Below, in pieces: positions 19,708 to 30,053 of a stretch of DNA of 64,000 nucleotides (positions are counted from its first letter, which is position 1; the number at the start of each line of letters is the position of its first letter). The translations under genes were made by a program, and so were the position numbers. Under the pieces are notes generated by a model, which did no database searches, was not told the DNA's origin, and worked only from the letters and a program-made list of their open reading frames with translations. The DNA comes from an uncultured Candidatus Saccharibacteria bacterium (GTDB taxonomy: Bacteria; Patescibacteriota; 4484-211; JAGQKX01): contig CAYMOT010000001.1 of the NCBI GenBank assembly GCA_964392315.1, positions 359,318-423,317 of the forward strand, written 5' to 3'.

Positions 19708-21357
19708 CTAGAGTGCTCTTTCTTTCAGTGGCAGGGTAAACCAAAAGGTTGAGCCTGCACCGACGGTAGAATCAGCACCAAAGTCACCTTGCTGTTGTTG
19801 TGCCATTAATCCAACGAGACGAAGCCCAATTCCTGTCGAGTCAGAAAGTACACCCGCGCTTTGTGTTTGAGTGCTTATAGTTTTCAATACCTCTGGGTCA
19901 ATTCCGCTTCCCGTGTCTAATACTGATATTTTTGCAAATTTTTCGTCTATGTCCGTGCAGACAGTGATACGGCCATGTGTCGTAAATTGTAGCGCATTTG
20001 CAATGAGATTATGGACGGCAAGTCGTACATAGTGGTTAACAGCTAAAACCTGGATTGATGCGGGATACAAGTCAATTTGTAGGTGTAACCCACGGTGTGC
20101 TACAAGCGGTAAATATTGTTGGGATGCCATCTCCACAACATGGTTTAGTTCTATTGCCGAAATTACCGGAGTTTTTTGCTCATACATGATTTGTGAATAC
20201 ACAAGCAAATTTTCTGTATGCAGCGACATGCGTAGGGTATTGGCAGTAATAGCGTTTATATCGTGTGTCATGTTAGGTGAAAACGTATCTGATTCTGAGA
20301 GCAAGTTCTCAAGATATCCATTAATTGCTGTTAAAGGTGTACGTAGGTTGTGGGAAGTCTTTGAGATCATGTCAATGATCTGAGTTCGTATGACACGTTC
20401 ATCTTCCAGGAGCTTGGCGGTGGTTTTCCCCCGACGATAGATAATATATAGCGTTGTGGTTATGGTAAGGATACTGAGGAGCGTAATCGGGTTATATACA
20501 TCGAAACGTGGTGTATGACTGAAAGCAATGGCAATATAGCTTAGTAGTGTAAAAAGAAGCATCACGCTTACAGTGAAAAATGTATATACGAGGGACTCCT
20601 TAATAGCGACACGAATTTCTAGCAATTCATGTTTAATAACTGCGTAGGTAAGTAGGACTGTACTAATCGTTGTGCCAATCATATCCCACGGAAGAATGTG
20701 GATACTGGGAAACGTGATGAGCAAAAAGCCTATTGCAGGAAAAAAAGGGCTAATGGGTAAATACTTCAGTCTTGTTCTTCGTATGGGAACCGTTTCCTTT
20801 TTCAATTCTTTATAAAAGAAGTATGTTGCAATGCCCAAGTATGCATAGGCAAAAAGCATTATGCTGTATAACGGTTCATTCGGAAGGATTACATAGTAAT
20901 TTGTTAAATCACTCCAAACGAATGTGAATAATTCATTCGTGTAAAAAATTGATACTACAGAGATCGCTACGGTGTATGGTGCTAAAAATAACCAGTGTTT
21001 GAGACCTACTCGACCTGTTATGTAGATACGCGCGAAAATATACATTATTACGGGAATAAAAAGGATCAATTGCCCGAATTTCATGATAAGCTGCACAGTT
21101 TCAAGGTTATCCCCTACAACAACAACCAAAAATGACACTGCTTGCAACACGATATTGAGGAAGGTTATGTATAAGGCGAGTACGATGTTGCGAATATCAC
21201 GAAGATCTTTTTTGAGTATAAGTATGACGAGGATAGTGTTTATCAAACCTGTAGATACTGCCACTGCATATACCGTAAACTGCGCGATGGTCATACCTCC
21301 TATTCTATCAGGTAAGGGAGTATTGGGGGTAACCAAGCAATGTGCGATTCTCGCCAA
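19708..21357 (-). CDS. polytopic-membrane sensor histidine kinase
   Basis: About 7 N-terminal TM helices, then H-box HNLRTPLTAINGY and an ATPase domain (..GIGLRLV..). Confidence 0.8.
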   Translation of the reverse strand: MARIAHCLVTPNTPLPDRIGGMTIAQFTVYAVAVSTGLINTILVILILKKDLRDIRNIVLALYITFLNIVLQAVSFLVVVVGDNLETVQLIMKFGQLILFIPVIMYIFARIYITGRVGLKHWLFLAPYTVAISVVSIFYTNELFTFVWSDLTNYYVILPNEPLYSIMLFAYAYLGIATYFFYKELKKETVPIRRTRLKYLPISPFFPAIGFLLITFPSIHILPWDMIGTTISTVLLTYAVIKHELLEIRVAIKESLVYTFFTVSVMLLFTLLSYIAIAFSHTPRFDVYNPITLLSILTITTTLYIIYRRGKTTAKLLEDERVIRTQIIDMISKTSHNLRTPLTAINGYLENLLSESDTFSPNMTHDINAITANTLRMSLHTENLLVYSQIMYEQKTPVISAIELNHVVEMASQQYLPLVAHRGLHLQIDLYPASIQVLAVNHYVRLAVHNLIANALQFTTHGRITVCTDIDEKFAKISVLDTGSGIDPEVLKTISTQTQSAGVLSDSTGIGLRLVGLMAQQQQGDFGADSTVGAGSTFWFTLPLKERAL

Positions 21358-21448
21358 GCGCTTTTTACAGTGCCGATCATGATGGCCTAGGTGTTTGGTG
21401 CATGGTGTCGCTGTGACAATCGAGGTTCAAAGCTTTAGAATAAAATGC

Positions 21449-22381
21449 ATGCGTACTCGGTATTTGAGAATTTTCGTAATGATCGCACTCGTGGGACTTC
21501 TGGTTAGTACAATGCTCGGCTTTTTGGGAGGATTCAACTGGTTCCTTGATCTTTTCTCACATTTTCGAGCTCAATACCTGTTATTGGGTTTGTTGTTTGT
21601 GATTCCCGCCTTTTTACTAAAATCTCGAGACCTTGTTTTGGCTTCGTTACTAATTATTCTCATAAACGGTGTATTCGTATTACCGGTGTATGGCCAGCGT
21701 ACGAGTATACAAAATACGGGAGGTATCAAAGTGCTTTCCTTCAATGTAAATCATGATGGGGTAAGCGCAAATACTCTCTCAACAATGGTACGCGATAATG
21801 AGGCTGACGTGTTAATCCTTGCTGAGGTGGGGAAAGATACCGTATTTCGTGTAGGAGATGAGTTAGGGTATAAGGCACATTTTGCAGCACGTCGCCAAAG
21901 AGACACGTTCGGTGTTGGAATGCTAAGCCGCTTACCAAATTTCGAGATGGAAACGAAAGACTTTGGCGGAGATGACCTGTTGAGTATCGAAGCAACCTTC
22001 AAGGGAACTGATGATAAGGTGTGTACATTAATAGCTGCCCATACATTTTTGCCATTAACTGCAGATGGCTCACTGTTACGCAATCGGCAACTGCGTGCTA
22101 TTGCTGAATATGCGGGAAGCAAAGACTGTTTTATTACGATGGGTGACCTGAATATTACGCCCTGGTCACCGATCTTTTCAGAAGTATTGAAAACAGGAGG
22201 ATTACGAGACAGTCGTGTAGGTTTTGGCATTCATCAAAGCTGGCCAACCTTTTTACCAAGTTTTATGCGAATACCCATTGATCATGCTTTGGTTAGCTCA
22301 AATATTGATATAACGTTTAGAGGGGTCTTAGATTCTGTAGGTTCAGACCATCTGCCGTTATTCATTAATTTACAAAAGTAG
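21449..22381 (+). CDS. membrane-anchored endonuclease/exonuclease/phosphatase (EEP) family protein
   Basis: Two N-terminal TM helices, then an EEP fold ending in ..GSDHLPL... The internal ATG (MRTRYL..) is chosen as start. Confidence 0.65.
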   Translation: MRTRYLRIFVMIALVGLLVSTMLGFLGGFNWFLDLFSHFRAQYLLLGLLFVIPAFLLKSRDLVLASLLIILINGVFVLPVYGQRTSIQNTGGIKVLSFNVNHDGVSANTLSTMVRDNEADVLILAEVGKDTVFRVGDELGYKAHFAARRQRDTFGVGMLSRLPNFEMETKDFGGDDLLSIEATFKGTDDKVCTLIAAHTFLPLTADGSLLRNRQLRAIAEYAGSKDCFITMGDLNITPWSPIFSEVLKTGGLRDSRVGFGIHQSWPTFLPSFMRIPIDHALVSSNIDITFRGVLDSVGSDHLPLFINLQK

Positions 22382-22411
22382 AAAAGAGCGGTGACATGCT
22401 AGGATATAAGT

Positions 22412-23035
22412 ATGATCAGAAAGCGCAGAAATATTTCCGTATTAAAACGAATATGGAATTCTGGCGTATCAATAAACAAAAAGGTTGGGTTGTTTATTAT
22501 CTCTGATGCCTTCTACTACGGAGGAGTGGATATCCCCAATTCGTATCTCGCGGTACTTATTACAATGCAGTTGTCTGATGGTAATATCGGTGCTGTGGGA
22601 TTTGCTTTCACATTAACAATGCTTGCCCGCGGATTTAGCGAATTACCATTCACCTCTATTACTAAGAAGTTCAATGTATCTACAAAAATCTATACAGTGG
22701 GAATATGCCTTATCTTGTATGGATTATTTCTCATACTTATGGGTCAATCGCGACAGTTATGGCAGGTTTATTTGTTACAGATAGGTATTGGTTTGGTTGA
22801 AGGAATTTCTTTTCCGTTAAAGTGGGGTATATTTTCGCGAATAATCGACAAAGGCAAAGAAGAATTGGAATGGGGTGTTGAAGATGTGGCTTCTACGCTT
22901 TTACCTGCATTAGTAGCAATGTTAGCAGGGATTTTTGCTGGGATAGTTGGCTTACCAGCGTTATTCTTTTTCTTTGGCCTTACGATGGTTACGAGTGGTA
23001 TTGTGTTTCTTCTTATACATAGAATGAATGAGTAG
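22412..23035 (+). CDS. 6-TM membrane protein (MFS-half-like)
   Basis: 207 aa with 5-6 predicted TM helices, resembling one half of an MFS transporter. Confidence 0.35.
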   Translation: MIRKRRNISVLKRIWNSGVSINKKVGLFIISDAFYYGGVDIPNSYLAVLITMQLSDGNIGAVGFAFTLTMLARGFSELPFTSITKKFNVSTKIYTVGICLILYGLFLILMGQSRQLWQVYLLQIGIGLVEGISFPLKWGIFSRIIDKGKEELEWGVEDVASTLLPALVAMLAGIFAGIVGLPALFFFFGLTMVTSGIVFLLIHRMNE

Positions 23036-23058
23036 ATACATCAGTAATCTAGGGGAAT

Positions 23059-23769
23059 TCAAGAAGATTGATTACTACTGTTACGATGATGTTCTTGATA
23101 ATGAGCATTGAGATCAAGAACTGTCTTAAGAAGGACCATAATTATAAGTGCTGCAGTAGGAATGTTGGATTCTTCTACTACGATTCCTCCAATTATTAAA
23201 ATAAAATGCATCAATCCAACTCTCTTGTATATAGCAGTTGATTGCTCTTGATTGGTAGTGGTTTCATATTCTTTTTTTCCCAGAAAATTGTACCTGTAAG
23301 AAATTCCATGACTAATAAGTAGTGAGATACCAGAAATAAAAAAGAATGATGGTGCAAATGTAAAGGGTCCAAATAGCGTAATAAGTATTAATAAGTGGAC
23401 AAACATGAATATTCCAAAATGTAAGCAGAAGAAGGGTATAAGAAATAGTGGATTTAATTCTAGGTTCGGGGTATTGGCTATATCTCGTTTTGTTGCAATA
23501 CGTATACCAATGATCCCAAATAATTTGTAAGAAGCAATATTTTTAACATCATCTGGAGCTTGGTCATATACTTCTTGTGGGACAATCAAGCCTTTATGTT
23601 TGTTTGTACTAGATGTTTTGATAATTTTTGGAATCGCATACAGGCCTATTATTGCTGTCTCTAACCAATACAAGAAAAATATAGAAAACAGATCCCAATC
23701 AAAAAACAATACTCCGATTAGAGGAGACATATTTGCCAGAACTAGTGAAATAAGAGGGAGTCTGTTCAT
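23059..23769 (-). CDS. hypothetical polytopic membrane protein
   Basis: 236 aa with 6-7 TM helices and no recognisable family. Confidence 0.4.
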   Translation of the reverse strand: MNRLPLISLVLANMSPLIGVLFFDWDLFSIFFLYWLETAIIGLYAIPKIIKTSSTNKHKGLIVPQEVYDQAPDDVKNIASYKLFGIIGIRIATKRDIANTPNLELNPLFLIPFFCLHFGIFMFVHLLILITLFGPFTFAPSFFFISGISLLISHGISYRYNFLGKKEYETTTNQEQSTAIYKRVGLMHFILIIGGIVVEESNIPTAALIIMVLLKTVLDLNAHYQEHHRNSSNQSS

Positions 23770-23781
23770 TATTAGATTTAA

Positions 23782-24372
23782 CTAAAACAATTCCAGGACG
23801 GGAGGAATTGTTTGCCACCCGTCTTCGTCCATAAAATGTCCTGCGTCTGGGATAAGTATAAATTCGGCAGAAAGACGTTTTGCCATTGCTTCCGCATTCA
23901 TTTTCGTCAGCGTATACGGGTCATTGTCAGAATGGATAACGTATCGTTTTTTGGAATTTTGGATAATTTCTGCATGATTTAGTTTATTCGGCCAATAGCT
24001 GAGTAATGCTTCTGTAAGGTCGTCATAGTCAAAGCCACCGACCACTACCAGTTTGTCAATTTTATGTTTTTCGGCGTATCGCATTGCCACTACGCTACCT
24101 AAACTGTGGCCAACAATTGAAACGTGTGTGTCGTCTTTAAGGAGTTCTTCAAGATATCTAAGCTGTGTCGGCATGTGTGGCTTCTGAGAGAGCATAGTGG
24201 GAAGCTCTGGCAGGTACACCGTATGTCCTTTTAATTCCAACTCAGTTTTAAGCCATGGATACCAATGTGCCGTAGGTGGTTGCGGCCAGCCGTGAAGAAT
24301 AGCGATGGTTTCTTGCATATGCCTATTATATACTCCCTGTATGTCGTGGATTGGATATATAGCGCTAAGCAC
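23782..24372 (-). CDS. alpha/beta hydrolase (YdeN/RBBP9-like), paralog of 2667..3182
   Basis: GHSLG nucleophile elbow and C-terminal ..DNDPY...DAGHF.. arrangement shared with the ORF at 2667..3182. Confidence 0.6.
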   Translation of the reverse strand: MLSAIYPIHDIQGVYNRHMQETIAILHGWPQPPTAHWYPWLKTELELKGHTVYLPELPTMLSQKPHMPTQLRYLEELLKDDTHVSIVGHSLGSVVAMRYAEKHKIDKLVVVGGFDYDDLTEALLSYWPNKLNHAEIIQNSKKRYVIHSDNDPYTLTKMNAEAMAKRLSAEFILIPDAGHFMDEDGWQTIPPVLELF

Positions 24373-25201
24373 CGTTGCCTATTCAGTTGCGGTTGTTGTT
24401 CAGCGTGTCCTCGTACAAGAGAACAAATCACACCCTGTTACCTTTATCGCGTTGTATCAGGTGTTGGTAGGATTATTGGTCTTGGGATATGGCTTCATAC
24501 AAGGAGACTTGTCGTATGACATAGGCGGAAAACTGCATCTTTGGCTGTATGTGATAGTGGCATGCTTTCTCTACGCTGGTGCGAATTACAGTATCTTTGC
24601 TGCACTTGAGAGGATGCAAGCTTCACGGTTTACTATTGCGTTTTCATCTCGGATGTTCTTCACTGGAATTATTGCGTGGGTAGCGCTTGGTGAAAAATTA
24701 TTACCCGTTCAAATCATTGGCGCCATACTGTTATTCGTTGGAATCGTAATTGCTAATTACAACAAATCGTCCGAAAAAATGAATCTTGATGGTCTCAAAT
24801 ATGCAGTGTTGGGCGCAGTTTTCTTTGGCCTTGCGAATGTGGTGGATAGGGTTATTCTACAGACTTTCGAATTATACTCGTATGTGTCGGTCTCTTTTCT
24901 TGGTACTGCAGTACTATTTGCCTTCTTTCTCCCGAAGAAGTTTATTGCCGGTCGAACTTTATTAAAATTAAAGAGCCTTCAAAAGATTGCCGCTTTATCT
25001 GTTCTGTATGGTTTTTCTTCAGTAACATTTTTTGCAGCACTTCAGATAGGCGAGTCGGCATCACAGGTAGTGAGCACCAGTCTTGTGAGTGTTATTGTTA
25101 CCGTACTTTTTGGAATACTCTTTCTCAAGGAGCGTGATGGGTTATTGCAAAAGTCTCTTGGTGCTATTGTAGCGTTTTTGGGTGTGTTGTTATTGGTCTA
25201 G
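24341..25201 (+). CDS. EamA/DMT-family transporter
   Basis: About 10 TM helices. The internal ATG at 24341 is preferred over 24305 to limit antisense overlap with the hydrolase gene. Confidence 0.7.
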   Translation: MSWIGYIALSTVAYSVAVVVQRVLVQENKSHPVTFIALYQVLVGLLVLGYGFIQGDLSYDIGGKLHLWLYVIVACFLYAGANYSIFAALERMQASRFTIAFSSRMFFTGIIAWVALGEKLLPVQIIGAILLFVGIVIANYNKSSEKMNLDGLKYAVLGAVFFGLANVVDRVILQTFELYSYVSVSFLGTAVLFAFFLPKKFIAGRTLLKLKSLQKIAALSVLYGFSSVTFFAALQIGESASQVVSTSLVSVIVTVLFGILFLKERDGLLQKSLGAIVAFLGVLLLV

Positions 25202-27024
25202 GAACCCAATTCCCTAGGTGAACGGCGATGGCGGCGACGTTCAATGTCAGTGAGATAGCGTTTTCGCAATCGAAGTGACTTAGGGGTGATTTCCAGCAAT
25301 TCATCATCTTCTAGAAAATCGAGGGCTTCCTCCAGCGAGTATATTGTCGCTGGGGTTAACTGGATAATGTCATCAGAACCAGCGGCACGCATGTTGGTTA
25401 GTTGTTTATTCTTGCAAATATTTATTTCCATATCGTCCTCTTTGGCGCTCAATCCCACGATCATCCCTTCGTACACTCTTGTGCCAGGTTCTACAAAGGT
25501 TATACCTCGTTCTTGGGCGGCATTAATTCCATAAGCTACTGCATCACCTGGTTTGGTCGCGATCATGGCTCCTCGTCGTAAGCGGGGAAGTTGTTTTCCA
25601 AGTTTTTCCCAGCCAATAAGCTGGGAGTTGTACATAACGGTTCCTCTCGTTAGCGTTAGTAAAAGGCTGCGTAATCCAATGGTTATTCGCGATGGAAGGT
25701 GAAATATCAATTCCATTTCCGTTTCTGATATAGGTTCTATTCGATGTGGCCTACTTAAACGTTTTCCTAATTCCTGGGTTATAACCCCTTGATATTCATG
25801 GGGAATTATTATCGACACTTCTTCCAAAGGTTCACAGCGTATTCCATCAATTTCTTTCAAAATCACTTGCGGTTTGCCAACTTCCATTTCGTACCCTTCG
25901 CGCCGCATCGTTTCTAGCAGAATAGAGAGATGTAGCTCTCCACGGCCTGATACTTTAAAAAATCCTTCCTTTTTTTCTACTCGTAAACTAAGATTGTGCT
26001 CGAGTTCGCGCATTAAGCGGTCTTCTAATTGTCTGCTTGAGGTAAATTCACCTTCTTGCCCTGATAGCGGAGAGGTGTTGGGGCTAATACTGATGTGCAG
26101 CGTGGGTTCGCTAATCGATAACGCAGGGAGTGTGGTAAGGTCAGTAGGCGCTGACAACGTTTGACCAATTTGTACTTCATGTATTCCCGCGATTGCAACA
26201 ATATTTCCTGCTTCGGCAGAAGTAATATCTTCTCTTCCTAGTCCTTTCCATTGAAATAGTCTGGCAACAGTATATGTTTTATTTGGATTCACCGTCAGAA
26301 TTACCGGATCGTTTTTGGAGATTCTGCCAGAATGTATTTTTCCGATAATAATTCTTCCGAGATGATTATCATATTCCAGGTTTGTTACGACCAATTTGAA
26401 TGGACCATTGGCGTCATTGTGAGGAGGTGAGATGTATTCGAGAATAGCATCAAGTAAGGGAAATGTATTAGCAGGTTTGTTAAAGTCAGTTGGCATTGCT
26501 GTGTATACTTTGCCGTCACGTGCGATTGCGTAGAGAGTCGGAAAATATAATTGAGAATCTTCTGTTGCGAGTTCTAAAAAGAGATCATCGATACGTTTTT
26601 TGGTTTTTTCCAAATCAGCATGCGGTTTATCTATCTTGTTTATCAAAACAATAATTTGTAGTTTTAATTCAAGCGCTTTTCTGAGAACAAATCTGGTCTG
26701 CGGCATTGGCCCTTCTTTGGCATCAATAATGAGTAACGCACCATCTGCCATACCAAGGGTACGTTCAACTTCTCCAGAAAAATCAGCATGGCCAGGGGTA
26801 TCGATAATATTGATTCGCGTACTTTTATACGTGACCTCGCAATTTTTCGCCAGGATGGTAATACCACGTTCCTTCTCTAATTCGTTGCTGTCCAAAATCA
26901 GCTTCTGCTGCATTTCTCGTTGGTTATCTCTAAATGTATGAGTTTGTTTAAGCAGCGCGTCGATGAGAGTTGTTTTTCCGTGATCGACATGGGCAATTAC
27001 TGCTATATTTCTTATATTTTCCAT
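25198..27024 (-). CDS. typA: translational GTPase TypA/BipA
   Basis: AHVDHGKTTL, DTPGHADF and NKIDK G-motifs, with the EF-G-like domain order across 608 aa. Confidence 0.9.
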   Translation of the reverse strand: MENIRNIAVIAHVDHGKTTLIDALLKQTHTFRDNQREMQQKLILDSNELEKERGITILAKNCEVTYKSTRINIIDTPGHADFSGEVERTLGMADGALLIIDAKEGPMPQTRFVLRKALELKLQIIVLINKIDKPHADLEKTKKRIDDLFLELATEDSQLYFPTLYAIARDGKVYTAMPTDFNKPANTFPLLDAILEYISPPHNDANGPFKLVVTNLEYDNHLGRIIIGKIHSGRISKNDPVILTVNPNKTYTVARLFQWKGLGREDITSAEAGNIVAIAGIHEVQIGQTLSAPTDLTTLPALSISEPTLHISISPNTSPLSGQEGEFTSSRQLEDRLMRELEHNLSLRVEKKEGFFKVSGRGELHLSILLETMRREGYEMEVGKPQVILKEIDGIRCEPLEEVSIIIPHEYQGVITQELGKRLSRPHRIEPISETEMELIFHLPSRITIGLRSLLLTLTRGTVMYNSQLIGWEKLGKQLPRLRRGAMIATKPGDAVAYGINAAQERGITFVEPGTRVYEGMIVGLSAKEDDMEINICKNKQLTNMRAAGSDDIIQLTPATIYSLEEALDFLEDDELLEITPKSLRLRKRYLTDIERRRHRRSPRELGS

Positions 27025-27037
27025 ATATTGAAAGCAT

Positions 27038-27062
27038 AAAAAAACAACCCGTCAACGGGTTG
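27038..27062 (-). terminator. hairpin (CAACCCG-tcaa-CGGGTTG) plus T7 tract on the minus strand, 13 nt upstream of the typA start
   Basis: 7-bp GC stem, 4-nt loop and a 7-T run read on the minus strand. Its position in a 5' UTR makes a leader stem-loop or attenuator at least as likely as a true terminator. Confidence 0.35.
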
Positions 27063-27182
27063 CCAGTGTGCATATTCTACACGTATTTTCATGCTTTACC
27101 AAGGAACAGATGCAAGTACTGCCCGTATGATAGAAGCAGAGCGTTTACAAGAATTTGTAATTCGTGCTAAAATAGCACCCCG

Positions 27183-27206
27183 CTGCTGAGCATTCAGCAG
27201 TTTTTT
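27183..27206 (+). terminator. hairpin (CTGCTGA-gcat-TCAGCAG) plus T6 tract on the plus strand, 8 nt upstream of the antiporter ATG
   Basis: 7-bp stem with a U-tract. Preceded by a good sigma70-like promoter TTTACA-N18-TAAAAT. Could be a leader stem-loop or attenuator. Confidence 0.35.
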
Positions 27207-27213
27207 GTGTCTT

Positions 27214-29214
27214 ATGGACAGTCACGCTCTCACTAATGCACTTATCTTTATTTTGTATTTTCTGGCGATTATTTCGTTTCTCTCTGCTTTGACCAAGCGC
27301 ATGTCGTTTCCGTTTACCGCATCCCTTTTGTTGATTGGTTTCTTCACGAATTTTATGTTGCATGTACTCCATGTTGAATCACATATAACCCTTGATTCAA
27401 ATATGATTTATTTCGTGCTCTTGCCACTTCTCCTGTTTGATTCGGCTATGAAACTAAACTTTCACCAATTTCACCTGCAATTTAAGACGATCACGTTTAT
27501 GGCATCGTTTGGGTTGCTCCTCTCTGTTTTTATAGTAGGTGTAATTTTGACGTATGTCCTAAACCTACCGTTTTTAATAGCCTTATTGTTTGGTGCCCTT
27601 ATTTCTGCGACTGACCCTATTGCGGTTATTGCGCTGTTTAAGCAGCTTGGGGCACCGAATAGGCTTAAGCTTGTTGCAGAAGGTGAAAGTATGTTTAATG
27701 ATGCGACCGGTGTGATTGCATTTCGCGTTGTGTTAGGTTTGGTGACTGCTGAATATGCGGTTGGGATTGGTCATCTTGCATTTAATGCAGGCATGTTTGT
27801 GTACCTTTTTGTGGCAAGTCTTCTTTTTGGAGGTCTTGCTGGATATCTGGTTGCACAAGTCATTGCCAAAATCGAAAATGATCTTCTTGTAGAGACTACC
27901 TTTACCATAGCATTAGCCATCGGTTCATTTGTATTGGCGGAGCATTTGTTCCATTTATCAGGTGTTATTAGTGCAACAGCAGCAGGCCTTGTTATGGGTA
28001 ATGTCGGAAGAACAAAAATTTCCAGCAGTGTCACGACGTTCATTAATGAGTTTTGGGAATACATCGGTTTTTTGGCAATTTCAATGGTATTCTTTTTTGC
28101 CGCCTTTAATATTGATATACAAGCATTGCTAGAGAATCCTATTCGTCTGGGGATTGCTGTTGCCGCAGTTCTTATTGCACGAACAGTTTCTGTCTATGTA
28201 TCTGCATGGTTGAGTAATAAGCTCCCTATTTTTAAAGATGAGCCAAACCTACCCACTTCCTGGCAACATATTCTCAACTGGGGTGGGATGCGCGGCGTTA
28301 TCCCATTAGTGTTAGTGTACGCAATTCCTGATTCTGTTACGTATAAGGCAGAGATCTTGAATTTCACCTTTGCTACATTCTTGTTTACCCTGTTAGTGAA
28401 TGGACTTACGGTCGAGTGGCTTATTAAGCGTCTAAACATTCATTTGCCCAAGAAAGAAGAGGAAATCCTCAAGGAAGAGCTAGGCATTCTAAAAGCAACA
28501 CATGCACGTGCGCATGTGCACGATTTGTCTACAGAAGAATTTGACCCAGTCATTCTCAAGGACCTCGAGGATTCACTCAAGGAACAAGAAGTATTACACC
28601 GTAATAGACTGATTGATTTGGCCGAACAAGGGAAGCTACTAAATAGTTTGCGCATTCAAGCGATTATTGTAGAAAAAGCTACTGTTGAGCGGCTGTTTAA
28701 CGAAAATCATATTCACGAAGGGGTTTTCTATGATCTAGATGCTGAGCTTGATTTGCAGCATGACGCATTAGAATATCCTGAAGTTTATACGGGTCGTGGA
28801 TTTGAGCGTGGTGGTACGCTCAATCGAGAAAGAGCGTTTCGTCAGACTATGAGGCGATTGAACGGAATTGCAAAGAGGTTCCCGGTTTTTAGGTTCATTA
28901 TCAGGGAGAGAGAAGAGCAATTAATTGAAGAACGTATAGCATTGCTCAAGGCACGCTTGGTAGCTGCGGAAGAGGTTATTACGTATCTTTCAGGTCTTGC
29001 TACGAACTTGAAAGAACATTCTGAAATTACGAGCGCCCTTCAAACAGTATTGCATGAATACGAAGAACATATTCGAACGAATAAAGAAAATATAAAGGAG
29101 TTGGCTGAGAAGTATCCAGAAATAGCAAAAAATTATCAAATGCGTGTTGTCCAGTCAGTGATACAACACCAAATACAACACCACGAAACCTCGAAAATTT
29201 TCCTCCGCCATTAA
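27214..29214 (+). CDS. CPA1-family Na+(K+)/H+ antiporter (NhaP-type) with a large cytoplasmic C-terminal domain
   Basis: About 12 TM helices, then a ~250-aa charged, helical cytoplasmic tail. The start is taken at ATG 27214 (MDSHALTNAL..). Confidence 0.8.
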   Translation: MDSHALTNALIFILYFLAIISFLSALTKRMSFPFTASLLLIGFFTNFMLHVLHVESHITLDSNMIYFVLLPLLLFDSAMKLNFHQFHLQFKTITFMASFGLLLSVFIVGVILTYVLNLPFLIALLFGALISATDPIAVIALFKQLGAPNRLKLVAEGESMFNDATGVIAFRVVLGLVTAEYAVGIGHLAFNAGMFVYLFVASLLFGGLAGYLVAQVIAKIENDLLVETTFTIALAIGSFVLAEHLFHLSGVISATAAGLVMGNVGRTKISSSVTTFINEFWEYIGFLAISMVFFFAAFNIDIQALLENPIRLGIAVAAVLIARTVSVYVSAWLSNKLPIFKDEPNLPTSWQHILNWGGMRGVIPLVLVYAIPDSVTYKAEILNFTFATFLFTLLVNGLTVEWLIKRLNIHLPKKEEEILKEELGILKATHARAHVHDLSTEEFDPVILKDLEDSLKEQEVLHRNRLIDLAEQGKLLNSLRIQAIIVEKATVERLFNENHIHEGVFYDLDAELDLQHDALEYPEVYTGRGFERGGTLNRERAFRQTMRRLNGIAKRFPVFRFIIREREEQLIEERIALLKARLVAAEEVITYLSGLATNLKEHSEITSALQTVLHEYEEHIRTNKENIKELAEKYPEIAKNYQMRVVQSVIQHQIQHHETSKIFLRH

Positions 29215-29250
29215 TCTAACCCTATTGTAGTAGACACTTTGCACGCTTGC

Positions 29251-29613
29251 TTAGGAGATTGTGCTTAAGAGAAATATGCTTATAAGAAAGAAGCTACAGC
29301 AATGCGTGTAGATGAGAGGTTTTATTGCTATGGATTCATTACGTTTGATAAAAAGCACCAGTTGAATACCGATAACATAAGAAAGATATATTCCGATCTT
29401 ACTACAATATGCGATACTACTTTCCCCTGCTTGTATGCTTAATACCGTGCCTGTTACTACTTGTACTAATGACAGTATCCCCAGCAGGTGTATATGCCAT
29501 ACTCGTCTCGCAGGGAGTTGAAAAAAAGCAACTAAAAGTGTGGATAAAGATGTAATACCGAGTATTAATGCGCCAATGAGATGAGTTGCGATGACAACTT
29601 CATGTGCTCCCAT
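29251..29613 (-). CDS. hypothetical small membrane protein
   Basis: 120 aa with 3-4 TM helices. Confidence 0.3.
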   Translation of the reverse strand: MGAHEVVIATHLIGALILGITSLSTLLVAFFQLPARRVWHIHLLGILSLVQVVTGTVLSIQAGESSIAYCSKIGIYLSYVIGIQLVLFIKRNESIAIKPLIYTHCCSFFLISIFLLSTIS

Positions 29614-29675
29614 TGGACTATTGTAAGTTATAGCGCCGTATTTCTCAATAATAGTAGTGATGTGGTTTGATCCTA

Positions 29676-30053
29676 CTAAGTTGCAGCGTTCTCGGCAAAT
29701 GAGGTGATAAGTTCGATAAGCTTGTGAGGTGGGGTATTTGTTTTAAGCAAGTATTTCTCCGCACCTATATCCAATGCTTGCCTGATTATTGTTTCTTGGC
29801 CGAGATTGGTTAAAAGATATACAGGAATACCTGACGTACCTGGGTTTTCTTTGAGCTTTTTTAATACTTCGATACCATTCAGTTTCGGAATCATAATATC
29901 AAGAAGTATCAGTGCGGGGTTTTGTTCTGACGCAATCTTAAGTCCCTCTTCGCCGTCAATGGCTGCGAGTGCTTCAAAACCAGCTTTATGGATCACACGA
30001 ATATATAATTCTCTCAACAGGTAGTTGTCTTCAATGAGAAGAACCTTGATCAT
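29676..30053 (-). CDS. single-domain response regulator (receiver only)
   Basis: ..VLLIEDN.., ..LLDIMIPKLNG.. and the conserved Lys region. Overlaps the upstream kinase gene by 23 nt. Confidence 0.85.
   Translation of the reverse strand: MIKVLLIEDNYLLRELYIRVIHKAGFEALAAIDGEEGLKIASEQNPALILLDIMIPKLNGIEVLKKLKENPGTSGIPVYLLTNLGQETIIRQALDIGAEKYLLKTNTPPHKLIELITSFAENAAT

Noticed and set aside
21751-22230. 159-aa minus-strand ORF
   Set aside because: It is antisense within the EEP-family gene, which has a conserved C-terminal SDHLPL motif. It is a shadow ORF.
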